From Eledone cirrhosa (lineage: Eukaryota): 64,000 bases of DNA. Position 1 is the stretch's first letter. Every line of letters begins with the position of its first letter. The notes under the pieces are model-generated. The model was not told the origin of the DNA, ran no database searches, and saw only the letters and a program-made list of their open reading frames with translations. Made by a program: the position numbers and the translations under genes. The stretch is taken from positions 220,596,001 to 220,660,000 of the forward strand of contig OZ024740.1 of the NCBI GenBank assembly GCA_964016885.1, given 5' to 3'. This document shows, piece after piece, positions 13,394 to 25,712 of this stretch.

Positions 13394-15129
13394 CCCTTCT
13401 GTTAAGATGCGTGGCTTGGTGATTAGAGAGTTGGATTCACAATTATTAGGTTGTAAGTTTGATTCTTGAACCAGGTGATGCATTGTGTCCTTGAGCAAGA
13501 CATCTTACCTTATTTCACGTTACTCAACTATAGAAATGAGTTGTGATGTCACTGGTGCCAAGTTGTATTGGCCTTCACCTTTCTTTTCAACAACATAAGT
13601 GGCATGGAGACGGAAGGCGGATATGCATGGGCGATTTGCCAGGGCTTATACCTTGGGGGGGAACTTTCTAGGTACAAAACCTTTGGTCATTTGTGACTGA
13701 AGGGAGTCTTCTGCAACACTTCTGTTACTAACCACGTCATAACTGGCTCTAGTTCTATGAAACAAAGTCACACATTTTAAAGCCTTTAAAATGTGTGACT
13801 TTGGGTAAATAGTCTTTATATTAAAATGCCCCTACATAAATTTATATAAGAACCATATGCCAAGTTATCTTAGTAATGAAATAATCGTTTTAATAAATCC
13901 ATTAATTGAAATTGTGTATTTCATTAGAAATATGGATAATTCATTGTATATTGAATATTCTGTCTTGATGCATATATGAAAGAACACAATTTTTGGTGTG
14001 TCCCCTGACATGGTTGTTGTGGATATGTATAGCTGAAGTGGACATAATTTTCGAAAAAAAAAAAAACAAATAAAACTTTACATTGGCTAGCAGTAGATGT
14101 TTCCTGGGAATCTTTTAATTGATGAATCTTTATTGGTTTAAGTTCTATTTCTGCCAAGGTCAGCTGCGTCTTTTGGGGTCGGTGGAATCATTTGAATACT
14201 GGATAAGCTGCCATGAGGTACTTGTTCCAGCTCTTTGCATTCTGAGTTCATATTTTGTTGCAGGCTACTTGGCTGGAAGACTTAATCCATCACTGGCTTA
14301 ATGCAACCACCTGGCACCTTGGATGTTTTTAGCAGTACACACTCTGTCCAAAAGCATTTGGACCAAGTCTCTAGTTTGAGATACTTACCCCCCTTCCTCT
14401 TATCAGTTAAAGGCCCCAAGGATCAGTGGTACTACCCTTCCTTTCTTGACTAAACACTAAAAAACAAACAGAAATCAAATAATATATAATTCTTGTATTT
14501 TTCTCCAGTGAAATATTGACTACCATTTCTTAATGAAATCTTTGCTGTGTGTATTAGGTTCAGTATAGGTATACCATATTTCTACATGTCATAAGAAGCA
14601 GTTAAAGGGTTTGGCATCAGGAAGGGTATTCTGTTACAAAATATTACCTGAAAAAGTACCCCATGATGAGCATAAAACTTTTCATGGGATCCGCAAGGCT
14701 ATAGCCTGCTTTAGCAAGGAAAGAAGGCCTTAAAACATTGCATTTCTTAATGAGTGTTTCAAGAAATGCCATATCAACATTTTAGTGCTTTCTTGATACA
14801 GGTATGTCTTTTGTCTTATTTTTTTCCACAAGAATGTATTTAATATTTCAGTTACAGAAATATTGTATAGCTGAGCTCTTGCCAAAACTAAGGCAATTGT
14901 GAATGAGACTATGTAAGTCCTTGAACTCTTGTGTTTTCTTATGTAAAACTCATAAAATTAACTATTCTATCTATAATGTTTAAAATGGTTGGGCAGATCA
15001 TGAAGAAACTGTTATTTATCTTAATTGAAACAGCCACAATATAAAGGAATGATGTGTGTATGTAAGTGTCTACTGATTTGCCTATCCATAGCAACATTCC
15101 TCCACATGTAGTGCTACCCTCTATCACTT

Positions 15130-16185
15130 CCATGTGATGCACTTGTATTTAGAGGGTTTTGAGGCCTCTCCTAAACGTGCAATTGATACTCGACCAGGTG
15201 CAGGTCATCCTTAAGGCAGATGCTCTTATCCTTGGGTCACTGATCTTCCCCCCCAGCCATCCGAATGGCCCTTGCATCCAAGCTTCATCAGCTTGAAATT
15301 CTCACGAACAGACTGCATCTGATTAATGCTCTCTTCCTTTTGAGGAACTGCCTTCACATCCCAAAGATTTTGTATACCTTTCGCAGTGCCCTTTGTTACA
15401 GCAGCCATGCAACATCTGGTTTGATGGCACTTGATAGCAACAAGCCATCTTTATCATTAGATACAATGGCTTTGGTCTTCAGTTCTCGGTTTCATTCACA
15501 TTGGCATATCTTATGTACTGGTTTCCTGTTGTGCCCTTATGAACAAGGTTCTCCACAACAGATCAAAGCCTACTATAATACTTGGGGCAGCTTACTTGGC
15601 CAGAATTCTGTGGATATTGAATTTCCCAGCTGGACAGTGACTTGCCTTTGTATTGGTGTTTCCCTGAAGTTCTGTCTCTGGATCAGTGAGCTAATGCTGT
15701 TGAGGGTCCACGGTCTTTCCTCATTTTCATACTGCGTCAGTGCTGGTCACTTAAGACACACCACTGTCGATGAGTCTGTTAAACATGGTTTAGACATAGC
15801 TGGCTTCTCATTACAGTTTGAACAAGTGTGGTTAGACTGAGTGGACAGCAAAAGACAATCTTCCTGGTCTGCAGTGATAAGCTCCTAATCTGGGATGTGA
15901 CATGCAGTGATTCGTTCTTCTGCAGCAAAGTTGTGAATTCAGCGGGATACTCAGGTTTTGTTGTCTGGCAAGCTGGGTATTGCAAGTTGTTGAAGTATTG
16001 TCTTTCCAATAGCTGGAAACGTCTGGCATCCTGGGCACCCAAACAAAGTTCCTACTTACTGTGATCCGGACAAAGTTGGCCACCTGCAAGAATGAGCCAC
16101 TCAAACTGGACTGGCTGTTTTAGAGGATCTAATCTTTCTTGCTATCCTCCGGGTAATGCCTTAACAATTCTGTCAGCTGTGACAG
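15130..16185 (+). mobile_element. CRE-like non-LTR retrotransposon fragment (RT end plus restriction-like endonuclease), decayed
   Basis: ALFLLRNCL.IPK.LY, HGLS..C.SAG..RH, LIWDVTC.D, LET.G.LG and GNA..IL motifs across frames. Confidence 0.7.
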
Positions 16186-16515
16186 CATCCAGCTGCAGAA
16201 ACCATGCCAAATATGAAATGCATGAGCAAGATGAGGTCTCTTACCCATTTAGTCTCAGACTTCGACAGCCTGTCCAACCCTTACCAGCATGGAAATCAGA
16301 CATAAAATGATGGTGAGAAATCATCACACTAAATTTTCCTTTTGGAGCATGTGGAGAATTGTTTCCATAGATAGTCAACTTGATAGGCACACAAAAAATT
16401 TCTCTAATCAATATTGGAGAAAGTGCCAACCCCCTCCTGAAAAACCTCTTGATTCATGCCTACTTATGTGTGCGTGTATTACATATATATTTTATATATT
16501 TTTTTTATACATCAG

Positions 16516-17508
16516 ATTGCTTCAGATGTTGAAAGTAATATCATGATTCCTTACACGAATGTGATGTATTTTGTTAATGAAGTTAAAAGAAGAAAAATAT
16601 CTTATCCCAAGGATATTCCTGCCCGTAATGGTCCTTTTGCTATTGTAATAGAAAACCTGCTCGACTCCTACACATGGACTGCGGTGAATAACCAACTTGT
16701 ATTTGGCCCTGGGATAGTTGATGACGAGGCTGAAACTCTTAGAATTATTGGTGAGAGAAGAAACTTAATTGTTCGGAAAAAGAAATACAATGATGGCTTT
16801 ATCTACTGTTTACGTAGTGTGAAAGATTTTAGTGAAATCATAAAATATCTTCATGAGAATGGTGGAGCTAGTGGTAGATATCGCCTTGTTCCAAAATCAG
16901 AGATACCTGAGTTAAAAGCTATAAGACAGCAATATTATCAACAATATAGAATGTCTAGTCAAATAAAGGTAGATGAGAATGAAAGGCCAGGTTCTTATGG
17001 AAATATTGGTGATTCCAGCACAAACATGAATCAAGATTCTTATGATTTTCAAGGAGGTTATAACTATTCTGACAATAATAGAGAATATGACTCCAACTTT
17101 GTCAATCCTCCAAATTTTCCCCAGTCAAACATTAATTTGGAAGAACCTCAACAGATTCCAAATGTTGATAATACTCAATACATGAATTCAAATTCTAGTT
17201 ATTACGATAGGAACTATGCTTCAAATCCTTATGAAAGAGAAACAAATGTTCATAATCAGATGAACTCTGATGTAAATATGAATCGTAATGAAGGACCAAT
17301 GTATTCTTATAATCAAAGACCTGCACTAGGGGAAGAAGATAGATATAATTCTATGAATAACCAAGGTAATTCTTATCCGGCACAAAGTGGTTTTAATCAG
17401 AGGTCTTATGATTCAGATTATAACCCAACAGGAGACACAAATACTTATTCGGGATATTACGGAAACAATTTTGATTCAACAACTGGTAACAATAATGAAG
17501 GTTTTTCT

Positions 17509-17539
<31 letters not shown>

Positions 17540-18792
17540 GCAATAATAATAATAGAGCTTCGTGTTCTACTGGGTCTTATGAGAATTATCATTCAAGAGC
17601 TGTTTATGAATATGATAATGTTCATAAAACTGACTTTAATTCGTCGTCAATGTATAATTCTCGTGATACCACTGCTGCACCAAAAGAGCAAACTGGTTAT
17701 AATCAGGATTATTGTGCAAGAAACCCAGTTCAGAATTATGGCCAGGAATATCCCTATTCAACTGGTCAACACAACACACCTTATATGTATGAACAAGGAA
17801 ATCAAATGAACAAAAGAGAAGAAATGTTTGATAATAGAAATTCTCATCCAATGTCTGGAAGAGAATTCAACGACAACTCTGGCTTTCAAAATAAACTGAT
17901 GGGACAAAACCAACGTCCTGATTCATCTTTTAACCAAATTGGTAATCAAAATAGTAGTAGTTTTAAGGTAAAAAGGCCCGGTTTAGGACGTATGTTTGGT
18001 AATGCCAAAGCAAAAGCTTACGAAAAAGAATTGAAAATCAGAAAAGTTGCAATAAATATTGGTAACAATAGATCTAGAGGGAAATCTTCAAAACGTTGGA
18101 CAACATCAACTAATAGCAAAGTCTCTGGAAATGCATCTACATCTGCAGCACAATATCGCAGCATGCGAAGTTTGGCAGCCAAAGTAAATGCTAGAGCTTC
18201 ATCAAAGAATTTGACCCCTCTTATGAGTATGGAACAAACAACAAACAACAACCAAGTAATGCTTCTAAAATTGCTTACCAAGAAAATTGCTCAGAGAGCT
18301 TTACAAAGCAATGTCAAAAACATAATTGCAAATGCAACACGGTTATCGAATATTGCTAAGTCACGTCAACTAATGGAACGGTCTACAGCTCAGCTGCTTT
18401 CTGTTCCTAAGAAAAGAACCAGAAGGTCAAAACGCAAACCTGATGTAGCTAAAACTCCAAACAGTGGAACAGCCAAGCAAACTCCAAGAAGCGGTACAGC
18501 TAAGCAAACTCCAAGAAGCGGTACAGCCCAACAAACTCCAAGAAGCGGTACAGCCCAGCAAACTCCAAGAAGCGGTACAGCCAAGCAAACTCCCAAAAGC
18601 GGTACAGCCAAGCAAACTCCCAAAAACGGAACAGCCAAGCAAACTCCAAAAACTGGTACAGCCAAGCAAACTCCAAAAATTGGTATAGCCAAACAAACTC
18701 CAAAAAGCGGAACAGTCAAGCAAACTCCAAACACAACAAAAAACACAAAAGTCAAGGGAGCATATTTACCCCTACAAAAATTGAAGAAATAA
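16516..18792 (+). CDS. NKRF-like: Terminal exon A of NKRF-like gene: R3H-like domain, N/Y-rich low-complexity region, basic tail with TP repeats
   Basis: AG 16514-16515, phase 0 matching exon 2; 758-aa open frame; IENLLDSY..LVFGPGI.DDE..L..IG and IIKYLHENGGASGRYRLVP resemble the NKRF R3H domain and C-terminus. Confidence 0.8.
18454..18729 (+). repeat. Coding 27-bp minisatellite, 10 units encoding TP(R/K)SGTA(K/Q)Q
   Basis: Direct reading: actccaagaagcggtacagccaagcaa and variants, in frame in exon A. Confidence 0.97.
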
Positions 18793-18831
18793 TTTAATTC
18801 CTCTTTCAAATGTTCCTGTATTCAATATTTC

Positions 18832-18837
18832 AATAAA
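18832..18837 (+). terminator. Candidate polyadenylation signal AATAAA of terminal exon A
   Basis: AATAAA about 40 nt after the stop, T-rich downstream, conserved in copy B. Confidence 0.6.
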
Positions 18838-19226
18838 TGTTCATGTCTTAAAAAGTATCTCATTTTTGTCAACTTCTTAACACTTCGAACCTGCTGGCCC
18901 AGTACTCAGTTCTGCTGCACACTTCTGTTAATTAGTTGACACCACTTTCTGCATGAGTCAGTGACCATAATACATCATTTCTTTAGACTGTGTTCTTAGG
19001 AATACATTGTCGTGATGTTTTTCAAGTTTCTACATTTATCCTTGTTACAATTGAATTATCAAATAGCAGTTTATGTTGATTTTCGTGTGGACAGCCAGTG
19101 TTGAGGACTGCAAACACAGCAAGGAGTCTGGGTTTAAGGGGTTTAAGTTTATTGTTTGGCTGTTCTATTTTCCTTTACAAGGGAGAAACTGATACTGCAA
19201 TATTTTTACTCTCTCCTCACAGTAAA

Positions 19227-19264
<38 letters not shown>

Positions 19265-19275
19265 AATTATTTTTC

Positions 19276-21555
19276 TTTGCCCACTTATTCCAGAGTGGAT
19301 TGTGGGGGCTGTATCATCAAAGTCTCCTTCCAGCAGGTACTGTCAGAAACAACTGATCTGGCTGGATTCCCAGGCAAGACAAGCTGCATTAATGGATGTT
19401 ATCCAACCATCTTGCTCGGGATCCACCACTGGGTCTCTTGCTGGTTGATTCTTTCCTGATACATTCTAAGCACATGCCCATAGTATCTCTCAATTCAGAG
19501 AAGTAGCGGCACTATCCGGAGCGGTTCTAATCTCCAAGCTATGCACTCTATTGAGTAACGTTACTCCAAAGACCCTTCGGAGGAACCCCGTTTCGGTCGC
19601 TTATATTCGCGATCGTATTCTTTCAGTCATTACCCAATTGAAGAAAGCGAGTTTGGCTTTTTCATCTACCTCCCTTCTTCTGATCACCAAATGCTGAAGC
19701 TGGTGCATTACTGCACCAGCTGCTGCAATTCTTGCACTTAATTCAGCCTCCTGCCTTCCGTCACTTGTGATATTTGAATTTCTCCACCTGCTTCACAGGA
19801 ACTCCATTCACATGTAGATGCTGTTGTGATTGAGTTTAGGAGATAAGCAAAGTATTTCCTCCACCTGGGAGGATGCACCTCTCTGAAGAGAGGAGACCCC
19901 AATTCCTGATGGCAGGTTTGGAGGAGGACTTATTACAAAGTCGGCGGATTATCTGCCAGAACATTTTATTTGCTTAATCCCAAAGTTCTCCCATGTGTTA
20001 ACTTTGGATGCCTTTACTGTCTCTGCTGCAATTCTTCGTGTCTGCCTGTACCACAAGTGCTAGGAGACTTATTTTCAAGCCAAGTTTTGTGGGCTTCCTT
20101 CTTTGTTTGGATGGCATCTTTGACCTCTTGATTGAACTAAGGGGTACTCCTGCCATCTGGAGCCACACCAAGCCTCTTTCGCTCACAGCATTTAATAGCT
20201 GAAGCAGAAACTGAACAATATTCTCAGTTTGCTCAGGGAGTTCTCTGAATTTGGATGCAATAGTATCTGCATACCTGGTCCTGACTTCCTTATCCACCAA
20301 AGCTTCCCTCTTTATCCAATAGTCTGCCCTGGACCTGCCAGATTTGTGGGTTTCTTTGTGGGCTGTGGGCTTTAGGTGGTCTCAAGTTACAGATAACTAG
20401 ATGGTGATCAGTTGACAGCTCAGCCCCTCTCTTAACATGAACATTCAGCACAGAATCGAAGAGATCAGAGACAATAACCAAATCAATTATTGATTTCTGT
20501 CCCTGATTCCCCTTATACCATATATATTTATGGATGTCTCTGTGCTCTGTCCATAATAGAGTCCATTGCTAGAAGAGAAGTCTAATAAGGCCCCTCCATT
20601 CATATTTTGATTGGGATTGCCATTCCTTCCAATAACTCTTTTCCATGTCATTTAGTCGGTGTCAACATGTGCATTGAAGTCTCCCATTAAGATATATGAC
20701 TCTGTCTTAACTACATCTAACGCTGCAATGACTTCATCCTCCACTCATTACTGCTCCTTACCTGTAAGGATTGTGGTGTTCCAAGTTTCAATTGTTATAG
20801 TTTTCTCCTTCCGAACCCTCTTTGTGCATCCATCCCATGCCTTCTGGGACATGTTGCAGGCCCTTCCCCAGTTTTTACTGCATGAAATGGAGATAGCAAT
20901 ATATTTTTTAAACAGGCTCTTCTAATCTAAGGCCTGAACATAACCCTTGTTAACCTGCGTGAAAGACAATGTGGTATGGTTCTTTTTTGTTCCTCTCACT
21001 ATATTGCAATTTTGGTGGTCTTATTTTGAACCAGTCACTAATCTGGTACTTTCTCAAACCCATGAAGTCTAGGCTATTTTAGAGGCGGCCTTTACTTGCC
21101 TCATAACTACATCACTGGGTTGTGAGAACTTTCTTGAAAGCTACAGATGTCACCCATTGTTCCATCTCCCCAAATAGTTTTACTGCTATTGGTTCGGGAT
21201 TGCTTATTCATCCAGCAGCTGCCTCGTTATATTGCGAGTAACCATTATATCTGGTGGCCGTATCGCTATCCGCCACCTGCAACCCGTTTTCTAGCAGAAC
21301 AGCTTGCAGGTTTGAGATAGTACCAGATTGGTTACTGGTGCGAATAAGACCACCAAAACTGCAATATGGTGAGAGGTAAGAAAAAGTACCATACTGCATC
21401 GTCCTTCACACAGGTTTTACAAGGGACACATTAGGTAGAAGGGCCTGTTCGAAAAATATTGCACTCTCCATTTCATGACGTAAAAACTGGTGAAGGACCT
21501 GCGACCTGTCTTGGGAGGCATGGGATAGATGCACCAAGATTGCATATCCTGAGAA
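19276..21555 (-). mobile_element. RTE LINE (family 2), internally deleted, with 5' region and 12-bp TSD
   Basis: APE motif VKRGAELSTDHHLV; TAATTATTTTTC repeated at 19264-19275 and 21556-21567; the site is empty in duplication copy B (about 33175-33190). Confidence 0.88.
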
Positions 21556-22574
21556 TAATTATTTTTCAATATTTAATTTCATTTCAAATTCAGCATTTAA
21601 TGCCTCTATATTTGCAGAGAGACAAAATCTGGCCTTAAAGTGAAGTTAATAAACACTAAAGACCTAGTAAATGGAAAAGATGGCAGGATTCCGTCAGAAA
21701 AATGGCCGTGCTTAATATGTAAAAAAGGAGCGGGTAAAAATTCCATATAGTGTACAAAATGTAAGCTATGGATACACGAGATATAGAAGAATCTCTGGGA
21801 GGTTAGCAAATAATGTAGACTTTGTATGTGGCCGAGCTTACATAAAACTGGTTCTATCAAAGGTTCAGATAGTTCCGTAGAAATGTGTTGACAATATACA
21901 ACCAGAAGCAACTAACTTTCTTCAAGACTGCCTTCAGACTCAACACTTCCTCTCTTACAGTGGGATGACCCCCACACTGTCCCTGACAAGCAGCATGTAG
22001 ATAGTCCTCTCTTATCTTGCAGCTCACTCCCATCACTGCCTAGCCAATGACACAATGAGCACCCTAGTGTTGGAATGAGGTAGTGCCATGATAAAAAGCA
22101 CCCAGTCCACTCTGTAAAGTGGTAGTGCTGGTGCCACTATGAAAAGCATTCAGTACGTGCTATAAAGTGTTTGGTGTTTGGGAAGGACATCCAGCTATAG
22201 AGATTAAGCAAAAAACAGAACCTACATGTAAGACATGGTTACCTGACTAGTCTAGCCCTATTAGGTAACAACCCGTCTAATCCATGGAAGGATGGGAAAT
22301 AGACATTAAATGTGAAGGTGTATGGCTTAGTGATTAGGGTGTTTGGCTTATTAGCATAAAGTTGTGAATTTAGGCCCCAAATTGAACGATGCATTTTGTC
22401 CTTGAGTGGGATGCTTTACTTCCCATTGTTCCAGTCCAGCCAGATGGCAAAAACGAGTTTTACCTGGAACAAATACTATGAAGCATTTGAGGATCTGAGT
22501 CTTTTCATTTGCTGCCCCTGTGTGTGTGTGTTTGTGTGTGATATCGTTTAAGGTAATCCATGTTCTTTACTCTT

Positions 22575-22910
22575 TTCATTTTTCATTTTACGTCCGCTTT
22601 TTCCCTGCTTGCAAGGGTGGGACGGGAACTGATTCTGGCTTGATTTCTACAGCTGGATGCCCTTCCTAAACACCAACCTCATTTACAGTGAGTGCTGGGT
22701 GCTTTTTTGCCGTGGCACCTCCACGACCACTTTGCAGTGGAATGATAGGGACCGCAGTCCCTATCATCTCATTTCTACAGCTGAGTAAACTGGAGCAATG
22801 TGAAATAAAGTGTCTTGCTCAAGGAAACAACACATCACCCAGTCTGAGAATTGAACTCACAACCTTTCGATTGCAAGGCCAATGCTCTAACCACTAAGCC
22901 ATGTGCCTCC
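22575..22910 (-). mobile_element. tRNA-headed SINE with RTE-derived tail
   Basis: Head with A box TGGCTTAGTGG and B box GAGTTCAATTC, CORE-like ccttgagcaagacacttt, tail matching the RTE 3' UTR at about 62470-62630; near-identical inverted copy at 49979-50313. Confidence 0.85.
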
Positions 22911-22970
22911 ATTTTTTCACTATATATATATATTTTATGGAAAAGTGGACATAAAAATGATGATATATAT

Positions 22971-23009
<39 letters not shown>

Positions 23010-25337
23010 ATTGTATATTGAACAATATACAGGTTATTTATGAAAAACGTCCCATATATTATTCAATATACAATGCGTACATATATGTCTATAATGCTAT
23101 GTTGGAGCACCAATATACATTTTATGTGTGTGTATTAATGCATGTATTATGCAATGTGTTTCTGCTTGGTTGTCTTTCAAGTCCTCCACAAGCCATTGGT
23201 CAATGATAAACTAAGGACTTTTGCTCATGGCAATACAATAGAATTGAACCTAGAAACATGACTGTAGAAGGATTTCTTAACAACACAGCCATGTTTGCAT
23301 TTGTGTATAGTATTTTATTTTCACAATTTGTTTGTTAGCTGTTGAGGGCAGTGGCTATAGATATAGTTGCTGTTTAATTCAAACATCTATAGGTCCATGT
23401 GCAGGAAAAATTTGGTTGGGGAATTAAAAGAATTGTGAATATTATTTGAGCTTTTTTTAGAGGGCCTGTAACTGATGAGGGCTAAAGTTTTTTTTATATC
23501 CAGTTTTTAGAAGAGGTATACCATATTCCTGCATGTCATAAGAGGTACTTAAATGGGTTGGCACCAGGAAGGATATGCAGCTGAAAAACAATGTCTCAAA
23601 CCATCTTGTCATAACTCACGCCAGCATGAAAAAGTGGACATAAATACAACAATGATGACGAAGAAAGAGGAATGTTAGATTTTAAGATGTAATTTTTGCC
23701 ATATCATGAATTAGAGATTGCCAAGAAGGATCATGAGGAGAGAAATTTCAGTTGATTGTTGATATGTCTTAGATTAGTGTAGATTTTGCTGGCTTTCTAT
23801 GAAGTTGCATCTCAATAGGTTTCTTGTGTGTTTGAACGACAGGGACCCCCATCCCTATCAGATCAGTTTTTTTTTTACTCCCAATAAACTCTGAATGCAC
23901 TCAGCTGGAACAGATATCACTTTAACAATTCCGCCAATCCACCCTTCTGGACTGGTACGTTATTTATTCGCCCTGCAAAGTTGACTCCAGTGTAATTTGA
24001 GTTTGGAGTTAAGAGAGCAGGAACAAATACCACAAGGCATTTAATTTGATGCTCTAATGGATCAGCCAGATCATTACCTTAAAAGAAGGGGATGGTTTGT
24101 GTGATAGGTCAGTTGTTGGTAGAGTCAGGGAGAGAAGTAGCCCATCTTTGGCTTGTTCATGTATGTAATCATGAGACTTGTGGAATGGAAGAAATATTTT
24201 GGAGCTATCTTGTTTTGTGTGTATATTGTAGAGTTGGAAACAAAACAGTAAATATGGAAGTCTTCTCCACAGGAGTACTGCTTATTGAACCATCTTGATT
24301 AAGGAGTGGATGGTTAGGAGAGGTGGAATCTGTAAAGTTGGTACAGATCTTGGCAGGGAACTAGAAGTGTTGGCGGCAATTTGCGAGTCAGTAGGACTTA
24401 CTGTGTAATATGCAAAGACATCTTGGGTTGCGGCAGTTAAAAAAGTTGCCTAGTTTGTGGAAGATGAGGGTGTTTTGCTTTTGTTGTAGTACAGCTGCAT
24501 ATATTATCCAAGTGTCTTAATCTCTAGTTGGCATTTAACCCTTTTTATCCCTATGTCTCATCATCATCATCATCAGCATTATTTAAAGTCTGTTTTCTCT
24601 GCTCTCTTCCATCATAATTTTCTGTAAGACCTTTTTTTAAATTAGGTTCCAAACATTTAATAATAAGAAAGCTAGTTATATTACTAAATTCCTTCAAGTT
24701 TTTTTTTCATTATTTTCACAATTAATTGAAATATAGGCAGTGTATTTCATTAGAAAGATGGCAACAAAAGGGATAATGAAAGAAGACATACAAAATATTT
24801 TAGATAGATGTCCTGCAACTCTAACCCTTTTGTTAACCATATTTCTAATGAAAAACAGTGCCTATGATTTTCAAATAATTTCTGAAATAATCTAGAATTG
24901 AGTGGGATTTATAACTGACTTTCTCATTATTAAGCTGGTGTTTGAAGCATAACTTAACAAAAGTTCTTATATAAATTTATGATGGAACGTTTTCAGTTAA
25001 ATATAAACACTTTAAAACAAACAGTTTTGTATTTTAGAAGCTGAGGCAGTTTCAGGTGGGTTGGTATTAAAACAACTTAAAAATAAGTACTGATACTGTA
25101 CAGCAATATACAAATGATAAAGTTGTCTCTGCAAACCAGATATGATAACTGAATAAAGTATTTGTAAAAAAATGTACTGTTTTGTTAAATATCTTATTCA
25201 TGAAATGCTAACTTTGTGTTAAAATATATATTTGCTTAATTCTACATAGAAGTTGTAATATGAATGAATGATAAAAAGATTTTACCAGTTTATCTTTAGT
25301 GATTTATTAGAAATTACCATTACCAGTACCTGTGCTG

Positions 25338-25712
25338 GTGACACAAGAAAAAGAGTACCCAGTCCACCCTGTAAGGTGGTCATGTTGGTGATACAACAAA
25401 AAGTGGCCAGTTCACCATATAAGGTGGTTGTGCCAGTGACACAACAAAAAGCACCTAGACCACTCTGTAAGGTGGTTGTGCTGATGACACGACAAAAAGC
25501 ACCCAGTCCACTCTGTAAGGCAATCACGTTTGTGACAACAAAAAGCAGCCAGTGCACCATATAAGGTGGTCGTGTTGGTGACAACAAAAAGCACCCAGTC
25601 TACCTTGTAAGGTGATCGTGCTGGTGACAACAAAAAGTGCACAGTCCACCCTGTAAGGTGATCATACTGGTGACAAAATAAAAAAAATCACCCAGTCCAC
25701 TCTGTAATGTGG
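25338..25712 (+). repeat. About 47-bp minisatellite (about 8 units) in an RTE-type 3' UTR
   Basis: Unit like gtgacaacaaaaagcacccagtccaccctgtaaggtggtcgtgttg, followed by the conserved tail ggttggtgttaggaagggcatccag and (GAT)n. Confidence 0.9.

Larger units (their letters stand above)
14270..22315 (+). repeat. Segmental duplication copy A (pairs with about 27965-33945)
   Basis: Collinear similarity of intron, CRE-like fragment, terminal exon, 3' UTR and downstream RTE fragment; copy A carries an extra RTE at 19276-21555; boundaries approximate. Confidence 0.9.

Noticed and set aside
16456-16515. ORF-track starts of the 778-aa and 513-aa ORFs
   Set aside because: These N-termini translate the polypyrimidine tract; coding begins at the acceptors 16516 and 30458
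18390-18809. Antisense and alternate-frame hydrophobic repeat ORFs (also 17387-17809, 31326-31736)
   Set aside because: Shadows of the 27-bp repeat and AAT runs in the real exon
25338-25712. CRISPR-like regular array (also 40905-41340, 55015-55335)
   Set aside because: Units are contiguous degenerate tandem repeats without unique spacers, attached to a LINE tail, in eukaryotic DNA with no cas genes
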